From contig NC_092351.1 in assembly GCF_963676685.1 (NCBI RefSeq), positions 29,326,001 through 29,390,000 of the forward strand: a stretch of 64,000 nucleotides of DNA, in the 5' to 3' direction. A program made the position numbers and the translations under genes. The stretch comes from Mytilus edulis (Eukaryota). This document shows positions 23,261 through 38,475 of the stretch, piece after piece (within the stretch, counting starts at the first letter, position 1; each line of letters starts with the position of its first letter). A model generated the notes under the pieces. That model was given only the letters and a program-made list of their open reading frames with translations. It searched no databases and was not told where the DNA came from.

Positions 23261-26159
23261 ATTGAAAAATATTACTTAAATATACATTTGTATTATATAA
23301 AAATTGAAAAATTATTACGAAATCAAAAATATATTTTTAATCATTAACAATATTGTTAAACCAGGCATGCGCCGGAAAGTAATCATCAACCAGTTGATGT
23401 TTTTCTGTACATAAAGAAGAGAAGAAGAAGAAGAAGATTAGGGGCTTTTTGTTTTCCTCGGAGTTCAGTATTTTTGTGATTAACATTTTAAGTGTCAGAT
23501 TGCTTGTTAAAACAAGTCTTGGATTTAAATCGATCATTTGACACAATATACACAATAGATCACGTTTGAGTTTGTCTGTCACCGGAAAAAAACTCGTCAA
23601 TTGTGCGCGCCTTTATGAAGTCATGTACAAGATAGAGAGGATCGCCTGTATCCTTGCACTATTAACGTTAACCAAGCGTCCTAGTGATCGTCATTGTGCA
23701 GGATAAACTATAAATAATGTTTGTTCTGTAGGTACTTAATGACAAGAGTGCTGACTTTCAATTATGAGAATTCAATTTGACGAATAATTCGTGCAATATA
23801 GCATCAATATAGTGACGATGCCCCTAAACGCATGAATGATGTGCACTAAAACCCAACTTTTTGACGGAAATGCATCGAACTCGAAAGTTTTCTGTTTGTA
23901 AACTTCGTATTCAGCTTCGAGCATTTTCGTGTTGTTTATTCTTTAGTTTTCTATGTTGTGTCATGTATACTATTGTTTGTCTGTTTGTCTTTTTCATTTT
24001 TAGCCATGGCGTTGTCAGTTTATTTTAGATTTATGAGTTTGACTGTCCCTTTGATATCTTTCGTCCCTCTTTTTTAACACGCTTTAAAACGGCTACCATG
24101 TTAATTGCATCGAACAGTTACATAAATTATCAAACATCTTAATCTTTAAATAAAAAAAATGTTAGATTGTTTTATGGAAGTAAGGGTCAAACTATCATCA
24201 TAAATTTCAAATGTTACAAATTAAAACAAAACAAAATATGAATGAGTTTAATAGAACCCTCAACAGACTTTATTCACAACTGTCTATGAATAAATATCAT
24301 ACAAAATGTGGCGCACACGACGGATTTTTTAAAAGTGTGCATCACATTTTTAATGTTATTTCGAATAGACAAATAAAACATAACAATAATTCCTTACAAT
24401 TTCCTTACAATTTTACATTTTATTTGTAAGGAATAAAACGTTGGTAACGTCACGATCACATGACAAACACAAAACACGTTCAGCCAATCAAAAGACGTGT
24501 TACATCCAAAATTAAAATTATATATATTTGATGTGTTTTATGTGTTCTATCTGTTAGGACAAGGGAAATGGATTCATAAAGACCAGGCCATATTAAAAAG
24601 TAAGTACTTTATTTTTCTTGGATTACCGTGTGGCGATCCGAAGTAATGTTATGGCTGTCTGTGCTTTTAACCCACTGAAAACACTCGTTATTGAGTGCCA
24701 AACTTAAAAATAAATATTTTTTTAAAAAGTTACATAAAACAAGTTCTAAAAACTACTTCCAAAATTTCATTGATAACAAAATTCAAAAAAAAAATTGCAA
24801 AAAAGTAAAATTTATTTATATATGAACCTTTACAAAATATATTTTTAAAGATTATTCAAACTTTATATATAGAAAATTTATAACAAACAAAAACAATTTG
24901 AGCCCATAGTTTAAGAAAAGAAAGACATTATTTTATTCATAGAGACCATCGATGATGCCCTGATAAGAAATATATCTTTGCTGCTTCTCAGCTAAACACT
25001 CGGCATTTTGGAGAAAGAACATAGATTGGTCGAGACGGAAACGGGAAATGTTTCAGTGTAGGCTAACATGTTTACCTGCGGATTGTTTAATTGTAAAAAA
25101 AAAACCACTTTAAGAATCAGGCCTATTGTGTATTTAGTTTACAACAGGGTTTATACTCTGGTGATATAACATCATTATGACTTCCCGTCCCCCTTTATAA
25201 AAAAAAAAGATGTACACTGTCATACCAAGGTATAAGTAAAAATACACGTTCAACAGTGTTATTTCATTTTTAGGAACATAATCTCAACATTTAAACACTT
25301 TCTTACGGAATTGGTTACTGTTACGCAGAAAATATAAAAATTACAACGATGGTAAAAGTAGATGCATATCTTTATGGTTTCTGTTGTTGACCTTTGAAAA
25401 TAATTCGTTTGTATTTTTCAAGAGAGATAGCACACTTTACTTAACACTAAAATAGTTTTAGGTTTTCAAGCTATTTCAATACTTTAGGATGGGACATTTC
25501 TATATAGTTAATGGTTGGAATCCCTAGAATTGTGACATGGATTATACTGAAAACTTGTTTGTATCTGTTTGAAGTTTTACAGGCTTCTAGCACTTATTAA
25601 ATGTTTGAATGTAGCAAACCAAACGAAATTTCCGATAGATTATGAATTTTCAATATAGGAAGTAGTTTATGCATGTCGATCTTTTTTGTTATATTGCCAA
25701 CCCGCTGACTATCTCATATCTGACATACCAGTATTATTATAATAGAACGTTTTACGTCTACTTCCTTCCTAACTGACACGTGACAGCATCCTTTAGCGAC
25801 CTTAAATAATTAATTCGATTGGTCAAATACCGCTTGAACTAAGCAAATAAAACAATGCTTCTGTGATTTACTTAATCTGTTTGAACAATCCATAAAGACA
25901 ATCAAAACAATTTGCTGATATGTGTACGTGGTAGAAATTACATAAATTTAATGGTTGTCCGTATAATAATTAAGAAACAGTGATAAAGTAAGAAATATTT
26001 GAATCTAATCATAGAACAAAATAGGTCTATGCATACTGTTTACACAAGCTAATTATACATTAGTGTAGAACCATGAACTTCTCTAAACTTGTAATTAGGA
26101 AGGGGTCTGATCTAAGTAAGTCGTTGATCCAGTCGTGTGATAGACAGTTCGTGGTTTGC

Positions 26160-27535
26160 TTGTTTTTGTTTCCTGTCCTAGGTGTTGTACGTGTTCGTCT
26201 TTTTTCTGTGGTTAGCATGTTGAAATTTACTATTGTATTTTTTATTTGTGTATTCCTCTGGCATTTATTTGTACTGTATTCCAGTCATGTAAAGTTGTCA
26301 TTTTGTGTTATATTTAACATAACCATAAAAGCTCGAGGTTACGCAATCTATCAAACCAAATTCAACACAGGTTTCGTTATTGTGTGTGTTGCATTATCGC
26401 TTTTTTATTGCACTTTAGTTTTACTATTGTTTCGTTGTTTTCCTGTTATAGGTGTTTCCATCGGTTTTAGTTTGTAAACTGGATTTTGTTTTCTTTTAAT
26501 CAATTTTTGAATTTTGAATAGCGATATACTACTGTAGCCTTTACTTAAAACAATCAAGCCTTAGCATTACCGGGTATTAAATATATCATCCAGTAATGTA
26601 AAAAACACATGTATCTGCTAGTGTTATCCCACAGGACGTAGATAATGAATAACATGCTAAATACTAGTATAAAAATGTCTTAAATGTAGCTGAGATGTAT
26701 GATATTTGACTAGAAAAAGCAACTGCTAGTAGTTTTTACGGAGGTTAACATTTTTTTTATTCATTTGCCAGCCATCCGATCTTAGGTTAATCAGAGAAAA
26801 CAGCCCATCAATACTTTAATTAGACATTGTGTTGTTTACAATTTCATTTCAAACACACCAACTTCATAAATTAACCATGTCAGAAACATGGCAGTTGTTT
26901 AGTATTGTTTCATTGTGTTTCATTGTCTTTTGGTTTTTTGTTGCACTTTAGTGTTTCTGTTGTTTCGTTTGTTTTCCTTTAATAGTTGATGTGTTTCTTC
27001 CGGGTTTGAAGGTGTAACACCACCATTGATTTTCCCCTATTAGTCTTTGTTAAATTTGCAATTTTCAAAAAAACGTGCAGTATTTATCTTTGTTTCAAAT
27101 AAAGAAATACTTGGCATGAATAAAGTTTTATCCGGTCCAGTTCTATAGAAAAAAATTCACATAACATTTCATTGCATATGAGAAAATAACCATCATTGGA
27201 AGTTAACCAATCAAATTTCTCCCCTTATCTTATCTGTGTACAAGGTTTAGTCACCATGTAACCTCAAGATTACAAAATGTTCTATAGAAATCCCAAATAA
27301 AAAATAATGGTGTTTTGAAATACCCAAGACATATGTTTATGACACAGAAATGGTTTTACTGCAATAAAATGTAGGATTAATTACCTACAACTGTCAAATT
27401 CAAGGGAATATTTTTTTCGACCTACTTTCGTATACAACCGGATGTGACGCACCATGATTTGGTGGTATTACACCTGGATTGTAACCCGGATTTGTTTTCT
27501 CTCAATAAAGCGGTATTTTACCGTTGCCTTTATTT
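26160..27535 (+). repeat. Two degenerate copies of a GT-rich interspersed repeat ending ...gcggtatactactgttgcctttatt
   Basis: Copies at ~26160-26545 and ~26870-27535 resemble 48100-48646. Confidence 0.55.
27010..27475. mobile_element. MITE with 16-bp TIRs (AGG...CCT termini)
   Basis: aggtgtaacaccacca / tggtggtattacacct (15/16 match). TSD not clean. Confidence 0.7.
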
Positions 27536-30500
27536 AAGGCAAATTTATGTTTATTTATGTTTTAGTTCTGAACTTTGCCGGTTTACTCCTGGTTTGTCCT
27601 TTTTTTTAAGTCTACCAATTATCTAATAGCAAAGAAAATAAAAAAGACAAAAGGTTTAAATAGCATACAATTGTATAGTCTTTTCCAACTTAGGTATATA
27701 ATTTATCAGTGTGTTCTTACTATATCTTACGTGTTTTTTTTATGATTTTTAAAGAAATCACATTCTCTCAATAATTTGATATCAATTCAATATTATCATT
27801 TAACACACAACTAAAGACAAAACAATGACATTCAGTAATAAAAGCGTCTTCACAATTTACTAGTTTCTGAATGATTTTCATGGTATAAATACTGCAAAAC
27901 AAATGATATTTTATTATATAATTTATATAATGTATGAATCAAAGTTTATAAGTGCATTACATAGGGAATATACTATGGTAAAAAACATATTATTTAAAAA
28001 GTCACTAATTAAAAGATTTCACTAAGTTGTTCAATTGAAATGGAGACGATGGGATGCTATGTCAGAATAGTCTATCACTCTGACAATTCCTTGTCGGTAT
28101 CTGTCTTTCAGTAGTTGGAATCTGGTGTCTATTACTCTGTATCTTCCTCATATCCAGAAATCAACGCCAATTTGCTCATTTGAATATTATACTAATGAAA
28201 TCGGATACGGGTCACGGAAATTATATTGAAATTATAGGGATTTTTGAAAAAAATGTCTATTTCAACTTTAATTTAAGTGATAGACAGGTTACCGGCGCAG
28301 AAAATAAATATACACAACAATATACACCATTTAAACGAAACATAATTACCGACGTTACAAAAATCAAGGTTCCTGAGCTATTTTGAAAATCGAAGCGAGA
28401 GGCTTTTAACATTGCAGTATAAAATACAGGCTAAAATGGCTGAAACGTCAAATTTACAAATTTCGTGTTGAAAATTGACTAACAAGGTCATTAGAAAAAC
28501 AAGTTGCCGGTGTGAAACTTGAAACTTGGATGTCCAAAGAATAAGCAAGTCAAAAACTTGTATGTGTAGTCGTTGAACTCTAGGTTCCCACGTAAAGTTA
28601 AAATGCCAATATTTTAAGAAGAATAAACTCACGAGAACACGAAAAATTCACTTAATTCGCGTTCATTGTTTTGATTTTGACCGCCTGACAACTTTACGGA
28701 ATTATCAGAGTAATTATAAACAAGGACTCTGTGACGGGCAACTTATTATATCCGTGTTTTAAAGATTTTTACTATATCAAGGCAGTCTAGTTCAAACTAT
28801 AATCGCGTGGTACAATTCTCATTTACATATTATGAATATTAATTAGCAAAAGCACTACTAATTTCTGGCTATGTCTTTTTGGTGGGCGGGCTCATTCTGT
28901 TGCATACTTGATAATATTTCTTTCTATTAGTGCCTAACTCATTGATCTCGTAGGATGGTTATGTTGGAGTCTGATCATAATTTTGATGTTTCATAGAAAC
29001 CGATATACTTCAACCCAGAATTCTGTCACAGAATCAGTAAATAATGTTGTAGCAAGTATGTTGTCAGCTTGAACAATGTCTTTTTATGCAAAAACGTTTG
29101 TCGCTGTCTTATATTTTTCTGAATGAAGTTGTTACTGAAATTGTTGAGCGATGTATCCTTACTTAGCTGCTGATGTTTTTAAGATAAGAAAATGCTACCT
29201 GTGAAGCTTAGATACAGATTTACTGTTCAAATTGTGCATTTGTTAAGCTGCAGTTGCAATTATATTCTATTTGTTTCGACTAATTGGATATTTTTATATT
29301 AAATTCAGAGCATGTTTATTTGAATAATAAAAATATATATATATTAAGCTTTAATTCATTATTTTTCAGAATGTAACAGTAATTAAAACTTTTTGTTGAT
29401 AAGTTGTAAAAGTAATACACAATTTTGTCTATTTATATTTGTCAATTTCAATACATTTTCCTACAAAAATTGTATCAAATTAAAAATATCTTTACACATT
29501 TTTCTTGAGTTTATAGCAGAATATGGTATCTTTATTTAAAAAAAAAATACAGGTGAAATAAGAGGAATATTGTCAAATTCTACACACTTTTTTGCTCAAA
29601 AATATTAAAATAAAAAAATATTAAAATAAAAAATATTTTTGCATCTTTTCATTGATTTAATTGTAGAATATTGTATCATTTATAAAAATTTACAGGTAAA
29701 ATAAAATGTAAAATTATGATTATTATTCAGAAATAAACTATAACTGTTAAAACAACACTTCCCCTATGGTTACATATGCATGTAATTAAAAGTGGGCGAA
29801 CCAGGATGACACCACTTTGCCTACGCTACGAGACATACATTGAAAAACAAATATTACATGTGTGATACCCACACGTTAACCATTCTTTAAACTGGATATA
29901 ACAGTGAAAACGTTGCCTTAAAAAAATGATAACTTTATTCAGGTTTATATTTAATGCTTTTTTCATAACTAAATAAATCTAAAAAGTCAAATAGTCTTAA
30001 TTTTTTTTTATTAAGCAGTTGTTGTGAACGAGATATAGTTTACTTTTGTGTTGATAAATGTACTTAAAGGACATTCAAAATGGACACTCGACGAATCCAT
30101 ATTATATTTTATGATTGAACTAAAGGTTTGAATTTGCACTTCCTATTTTTTTTTTAGACATTTAAAGCTATAACTCAGCTCTTAGAATGCGCTTAAATGC
30201 CTTAGAAAACTTTAATTGATAAAAATGTCCTTTACTTATTCTTGATATAGTTGTTATAAAAACAATTCATACAATTTCAGGTATGTGAACGCTGCTGAGG
30301 TAACTAAACAAATAACCTGAGCTAATCGTGAAAGATTTTTAAGAAATACAGCAGCATAAGTATTGAATTTCCTTCCAAATGACACAGATCAACGACAACT
30401 TTTGACATATGAAGGAGTTATATAAATGTATAGTGTGGCGATAAAAAAAAGTCATGCAGTTTCTATCTAGTGATGCCTCAAAGCTGACAGTTCTTCCTTT

Positions 30501-31132
30501 TTTATCTGGCCTCTTGCTCTGCTTTTCAATTTTTAGCTGCTTTTAAATGCAAAAGCAGAATCAAATAATTTGTTAATGCTCTTAAATTTGTTAGTATTTT
30601 ATGATATATCAGCAAATGCTGATGCAATGCACACAGCTGTGTTTTCCGCATGACCATTGACAAAGGATGTTCTGAAACCAACCAAAAATGCGTTTTTGAT
30701 ATTTGCATGCCCTTTTTATTTCAATTTAATTCTGTTTCCATGAAACCATGATTTTCATACAACAGTCGGTTAAAGAACACTCCAGAAATCAAATTTTTCC
30801 ATGTTGCTGTGTACATTTATGCCAACTTTGAATAAAATTTACTTATTTATAAAATGTAACATTCTGCATATTATCTTTAATTTATCTCTGTAACACTTGT
30901 CACTGTTTCATTATGCCAAGGTACACCGACTATGTGCGATCGGTGATTTTGTAATTGAAATTGACCACTCAATAACTTTTCCAATGTCTGGTTTCAGATG
31001 ATGTATTCGTTGACGTTGTTACAAAATTCCGCTTATGTAATTTTGACCTTCACGGTTTTACAATCCGTCGATACCTATAAATTGGTATTAATCAAAGTCA
31101 TGTTTTCTCTGCTTACAGTACTTGCAACCTTA

Positions 31133-33492
31133 GGCGTTACTGTTTGACGTGAACTTGACTGATTGGTGAATGATCGATGACGGATGTTTGACTGATCGAT
31201 GAGTGATCGGTGATCAGTGACCCATAGGATCCGTCTGATAAGTCAAATAACCTATGTGAGAGTTACCGTGACAACGGTCATCGATCGATCAGTAAATCAA
31301 ATTTATGCACGGATCGGACGGATACGTATATATTTCAAATTCTTATGTAAACCGAACTCAACAGTGTTTACAATCCATGAACGCGGACCTCGACGAAGAC
31401 ACCATAATATTCACGTTAATTTGTAATAAAATTGGTTGCAATAAAAAAGTAAAAATAGTATAACAGTATAAGATGCTTAATTAAAGCGTTAAATTGTTTC
31501 TGTTGATTAATAGTTTTGTATTAGATATTGTAAACAACAGAGACATATATAATGCTTAATTGTATTATATGTCTCAGTTAACATGAACTTCTTCCTACGA
31601 AAATGCCGGTAATTTGAATGAAAATTATTGACCATCATTTGATTTTTTTACTGTATATAGTTTAAAATTGGTAGTTTTTTCATAAAATTAAAAGAATGTC
31701 AAAGAAATCATACCAAAATTTTATTCGCATTATTTAAAATACCCCAAATCATTTTTCTTTTTATTAAAAATGATACAATTTTATTTGAGATCATTTATTT
31801 TTAACATCTCAAGACAAGTCTTTTAATTAGAATTGAGATATAATAAGAATTAAAATACTTAAATTTTTATTTTTGTGGATTAGAATGCAGTTATTGGTTT
31901 ATTTTGATATGAATTATTAACCGACATATGATTTCAGTACTTTTTGTTCATTAGGATTGGTTGTTCTTCATGAATTATGTTTACTTTTAGGAAAAAGATA
32001 TTACATTTTTGTACGCGTTGCCTAAAATGCAAATATTTCTTCTCATATTTGAAAATATTGTAATTTCAATTGCAATCTGTTGTTATACATTCCTTTTCAT
32101 GACTAGTTTTGTATAAAATGTAAATATTGGAAGGATAAGTATCTGTTTATTTTTGATTTTGTTGAACCAGAAAGCAATCATTTCTTCATTTGAATGGAAA
32201 TTTTTGAACACATTTTGATTTTTTTACTGTATATAGTTAAGAATAGGTAGTTTTTCATAAAATTAAAAGAATCTCAGAGAAATCATACTAAAATTTTATT
32301 CGCATCATCTAAAATATCCAAAATTGTTCTTCTTTTTGTTAAAAATGATACTATTTTATTTAAACTCAGTTAGTTTTCAACATCTCGAGACAAGTTTTTT
32401 AATTAGAATTGAGATATAATGAAAATTAAAATACTTAAACTTCTATTTTTGTGGAATAAGAATGCAGATATTGCTTTATTTTGATACAAATTATTAACCG
32501 CCAAATGATTTCAGTACTTTTTGTTCATCAGGATTGTCTGTTCTTCGTAATATTTGCTTTCTTCAAGGAAAAAGATACTAAATTTTTGTACGCGTTGCCA
32601 ATTTGCAAAAATGTCTTCTCATACTTGAAAATATGGTAACTTCAATTGCATATGAGTTGTTTTAAATACATTTCATATGTAGGTACTTTGTACAAATTAG
32701 GAATATTCAAGAATAAATCTGCTTAAAGTTTTGTTTTGAACAAACATGAAATTATTCTTCATTCTCCTAGAATATATTGACCGCCTTTTGATTTTTGTAC
32801 TTTTTATTGTTTAAGAATTGTTTTTTTTTAATAAGGCAAAAAAGACTAAAATATAACGTAAAGTTGTTTGCATTGTTTAAAATTATTCATATATCTTGTT
32901 TTAAAAGAACCAGTATTTTTGGTAATTTGTTGTTTCGATTGTGACAAGAATATATAAAGGCCGTGATTGTGATAAAATAAATTTACAGAATTTTATGATG
33001 ATAAGGATACAAAAATTTAAAATATTGTAAAAAATAGACTAAAATTTTCAATAACTGATCCCTTCATTTCGTTTTCCCGAGTATTTTTGGAAAATAATAA
33101 AATAAAAATCGCGATATAGACACCGTTTTAGAACTCGCCGGGTTTGAAAATATTATAACCAAAATGAAAACGGATAAGACCATTCTTTAATGATGATATT
33201 TTAATTTAGGTTTTATTTGTACATTTTTTTTTCGTTTCAATTCATAAAACTTTGTTAAATAATTAATAAAGAATGTATCAGTTGTACTTGAACGTTCGCA
33301 TTTCACGGGTCGCCATTTTAATTAAATTAAACGAAACTTAGATTCCTTCAGTAAGGTCGATCGGTTCTATCCGTTCGATCAGTCAAGTACTTTTACTATA
33401 AGTCTGACGGATTGCTGACGCGAGTTTGACTCTAACTTGACTGATCGGTGACTGATCGATGACCGCTGATTGATCGCTAAAACAGTAACGCC
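31133..33492. mobile_element. Non-autonomous TIR transposon with internal ~575-bp tandem repeats
   Basis: Perfect IR cttaggcgttactgttt / aaacagtaacgcctaag, subterminal TGATCG repeats at both ends, and diverged internal units starting near 31617, 32192 and 32767. Confidence 0.8.
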
Positions 33493-36400
33493 TAAGAGTT
33501 TGAAAAGTTTGACCCCCCCTCGAAAAAACATCCCAATCAATTAACAGTTAACTTGTGAGCAGATGATGACTACCAGCTTCATTATAACATGCTTTGAGAA
33601 ACCCAGAGTATAACAAAGAGTTTTTCTTCTTGATTTTTTTCTAAAATAAGAAGGTGTTTGTAGGACTTGAAAATTGACAAAATAAGCATTTAAATGAGAA
33701 AAAAAATGTATTGTTATTTAACTTGAACATTCATGCACAAAATGAAGTCATAGTCTGAACATATTGTTATCCTAACTTTGAAAATGCTAATCCTTACATA
33801 GTTAAGCTATCAAAGGCACTAAATGCCAAATATGTTTATAAACATGAGCACGTGCTAATTAAAACTAATGGGATGACGAAAAAAGAAAAAAAACCCCAGA
33901 AAATTCATTAATCCAATCTATTTTCCTACAACTAATAATTCTACAAATTTTATATAGATAAACTTTCAATAATGATTTTTATTCTCTATAATAAATAAAT
34001 GACTTGTACATTTGCTGTCACAGAATTATTTGTAAATGAACAAGATAAAATATTAAAAAAAAAGAGGAAGTATTTCTTGGATTTTAATTTTTCTCATTAT
34101 ATAGTTGTTTGTATTGCAATCACAATCACAGGCATTTGTCTCTGAATTCTTTTTTTACCTTTATACCTTAATTTACTTAGGTATAAAGGAAAACAAACCA
34201 GGATCCCAATATAGAAAGTGCAACTGGAATGACACATTGCAAATATCACTAATTTTTTTTATTTCAGTTGGAATTGTTTTTCAAAATCATAAAGTGTATT
34301 GTTTTGTATGTGTGAATGCCATGGTGCCTATTAAGTATTCTTATGAGGGTCTTGATGGGGTTTAAGGAATAAAGAAGAAGGGTCAAATTAACAGAAAATG
34401 GAAAAAATATAAAGAATAGAATAAAAATAGAAAAAAATAAAGAACAGAGAATGTTGAGGGTTGAAATATAAAGAAAAGAGAAAAAGGCAATAATAATAAT
34501 TTCATTAATTAATTATGAGATATTTGTTTTATTTCAATTAAAGGGCCCATGAAGAGCAAAGTAATTTATTACAATGATTTTTATAATTGATACAATAATG
34601 TTGACATAAATCATAAATATGAATTTAACTATTTCAATTCTTAGATGTTAAACCACAGCCAGATCAGAGCCATACACACAAAAAAGGCATAACAATATAT
34701 CGATTATTAATTACCAAATGATTTAAGAGTATACCAAATGATTTAAGAATATACACACCTTCTATCTCAAAAATGGCATCAAAATGATTTTAACACTATA
34801 CAAAGTTGAATATGCATGTTCAGAAACTTTTCCAACTCATTGTTTCCAGTGGTCAAAACTAGGTCAAAATGTGTAAATTAACACATCCTATGGATAATGA
34901 ACCATAACAGATTACTGTGATATATAAAGGAGAGATCAGATTCACTACCTTGAGAGATTAGGTATCCTGCTGGTGCTTTACACTATCAAAGATTTAATAA
35001 TGACAGACATTATTTCACAGAATTCACACTCACTTCAATATCCTCAACAATTTATATACTGGTCAGACATAAAAACTTTAATTGTGTGACCCCCCCATAA
35101 AAATATTTTTTGATGAGTTGAGTAAATAGTAAAAAAAGGTAAATTTTAACGGCGATTTTAAACACACATTAACATGTTATAAAACACATTGTAAAATGAA
35201 TAATCAAATAGCAAGCTTTTCTTTTTGTCCATGTCAATCACCATTGCTGTTATAAGAGATTAAATATAAGAAAAATCATTACCTAAATCTTAAAAAAAAT
35301 AAACTAGAAATATGTAGAGATATAAGATATTTACAATGTATACTTATGATAAAACTAAGTCTAATCCAAATTATTTATAAGCTAATGACAAATATATATT
35401 AATGATTTTCTATAAAAAAAAACATTTTGTTACATAATTTTGTAGTTCTTTTATAAAAAAACAATCATAAGTCATGATAGCCATTTTTCTATATCCACTG
35501 TCTTATTTGATTGATGATTACTATTCAATAATTGTCATGTTCTCATTTCCCCGTTTCTTTATTTGGATCTGATAAAGCTGTGTATTTGTCTTTTTGATTT
35601 AACATTTCGGTATACAGTGTCTCATGGCTTTCAATAATCGTTAACCGGCGAGCAAAATCTCCTGCAAATTTGAAATCTGAAACTAACATAAAGTCAAATA
35701 AGTTAAATGTTCCTCGGTGGTTGGCGCAACTCTCACAAATTGCCCAACTACCCGAGCCACGTCATATGTTTTCAATGAGTATATCGACAAATAATTCTTT
35801 TTATTATTTATTCTGCTCTCCTTCGAAGAATATTATTCTATATTCGAAAAGAGACACACAACTGCAACGAACTGAACATGGTATGCGGATATAAAGATAG
35901 CCTGATTTGTAAAAGATCAAAGTTAGTACAAACATCCCTGTGTGTCGTTAAATCAAACATATTATCAAACGGTTTATATTTGAGGTACCACAACGGGAAT
36001 GAAAACATAATGTGTGTATAGTTGTGTGTTTTCGGAATCCGTGGTTGTTTCAAAGTGATCCTTGTATGATGATTATTATTATTGGTCAGAATATTCAATA
36101 TTCTTAAGTAAAGAAAATGATTGATTATTATCTGAATGAATTGAAGACAGACGACATAGTGTCCAAGCCCTAGTTATTGACCTTCACAAGTATTATCACC
36201 TATAACAACTAAATATATTATATGTTCTTTTCAATCGTTTGAATTTCATTTTTAATTTGAAATATTCCGTCTGTGGCTGGTCGAAAATATGTAGGTAGGT
36301 TTATAATATTTAATCTCTTTAAGCGCAAATTCAACAGATTTAGTACCGTTTTAGATTGAGAAAAAAAACCGGTCTCAAACATTACATACATGTCTAATCA

Positions 36401-37683
36401 TACTAGACTTAGTTGTTTTTAAAATAGTGATGCGTTTTTTCTTTCTTTTTAAATATCAATATGCATGTACATCGATTCAGATGTTTTTGTAATAATATAG
36501 AAATGTTGACATTTTTGGTAATGAATGTGCAATAATAATAATGTGTTTGGTATGCCATTATTACATTTTTGTTTGTAAAAGTTGCTGTATAAGTAAAATC
36601 AATATATGGACTACTCTGGTAAAGAATGAAGAAGAAACCCATGTTTTAATTATTATTTCATATCGTGTACAAACTGTTCAGACATTTAATATTAATCAAA
36701 TAATTTACAAGCGGTTTAAATCCTATAAATATTTCGGTATCCGAAGAAAAACCTGATTACATGACATGCCTAGCCATATTTTCTTATCTGACCCTGTTTA
36801 ATCACAAGTATTGAAACAGCTTATCTGACCTTGATAAATTTTAGCAGACGTTTTACTGTATCAAAAATGAATGAACATTTACATTCATCTGTGAATAATA
36901 GTAAATACATAGATATTTGTGGCATACGAATATGAAAACGGGTATGTACTTTAACAGATACAATTATAAATAATTTAAATTTATGTTTATCATTTTTTTT
37001 TTCAATAATCGAGTTAAGACCCTTCGAAATCGATTTTAAAAACTAGCAGATGTTTTATTTTTTGTTGATTAAAAATCCTACCTAGAAGATAAGAGTGTAT
37101 GCCTATGTAATCTTCTAATAAAATAAAAGTCGTTCACGCTAAAATGTTGTTCCTCATCATATAAGCATTTGAACCGTATGCTTTATTTGAAGAAGTTGGT
37201 CAGGTTTATAAGATTCAACAAAACTGAAATCTCAAATCAATAGAAAAAAAAGTTCAATTGTAAATGAAATAAAAACTTAATACAATGTTTATAATTATTT
37301 TAAAAAGTCTCCTTAATTCAATTCGTTAATCCTTATATTTAAAATGTCAGTATTTCATGAAATTTAATTATGCTCACTAAAATGGAAGTGGTCGGAAGTA
37401 AACATTATGTTGGAATATTGAGGAATTTTACCGACGATTTGTCAACGATAGTTAACAGAAATTATAAAAAAGACTGTTAAAAATACAATGAGAAAATATA
37501 ATAAAACGTGTCGTAAACTAATGGAAAAATTGAAAAAAAACAGTTTTGTAAATGTAAGACAAACAAGCAAGCTTGCAAATGCGACAGAATATGCATTAAC
37601 AAAACGTGTATATGTACAAAAAAATCTGATGTTCTTTGTGGCGTCCTAGAGAAGAGTGTCAAAAAAGGATTCAGGAAGACAAT

Positions 37684-38475
37684 TGAATAAATATTTAATT
37701 ATATTTCAATTGATGAAATATTGATTTATCCATTGTATTCGTCTAATTCTAATCATATTAATTTTTATGCTTTCCTCCTTCAACCCAAACAACAACGAGA
37801 GGTTTAACTTTCACTTGAATGAATCGGCGAGTATCTCATGTATTTAACATTATTGGACCATTTGGGCAATGCATAAATGAAAAGAGAAACAATAAGTTGA
37901 AATTGCAATATTTTTACTTATTCAGAGTAAAAATGTTTCTCATACAAAAAAAACCAATATATAATATATACATATACATTTTCCAACAAGATAATAACAG
38001 AGACATATAATGTATTATATGTCTCTGATAATAATGAATGCAAAACATAAAACGATAATAAAATAATACAGAATACAATAGCTTGGCCTAGGAAGGGGTC
38101 AACTAAGCCATATAAAGATATAAAATGATAAATGTAACACATGCTACATAAGCATACAAAAATGAAGATGGTAGCCAACAAACTTAATAAACTGGCGTTA
38201 TTACCGAAATACATTTGTAATCGACCAAAAATATATATGAACATCTAACCAATATCTTAAATAAAAAGCTAAAGGTGTTGAAAAGGGGAAGGAGGGTGGG
38301 AAAGTTTATAAAATCTCAAAATAAAAATCTTGTTTACAAAACTATCGATCTGTCGATAAGCAAGAAAGTGTAATAAGATACATAGTGAAGAAACTGAATA
38401 AATATTTAATTATATTTCAATTGATGAAATATTGATTTATCCATTGTATTCGTCTAATTCTAATCATATTAATTT
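37684..38475. repeat. 81-bp exact direct repeat pair (37684-37764, 38395-38475)
   Basis: tgaataaatatttaatt...aatcatattaattt occurs twice, 711 bp apart. Confidence 0.85.
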
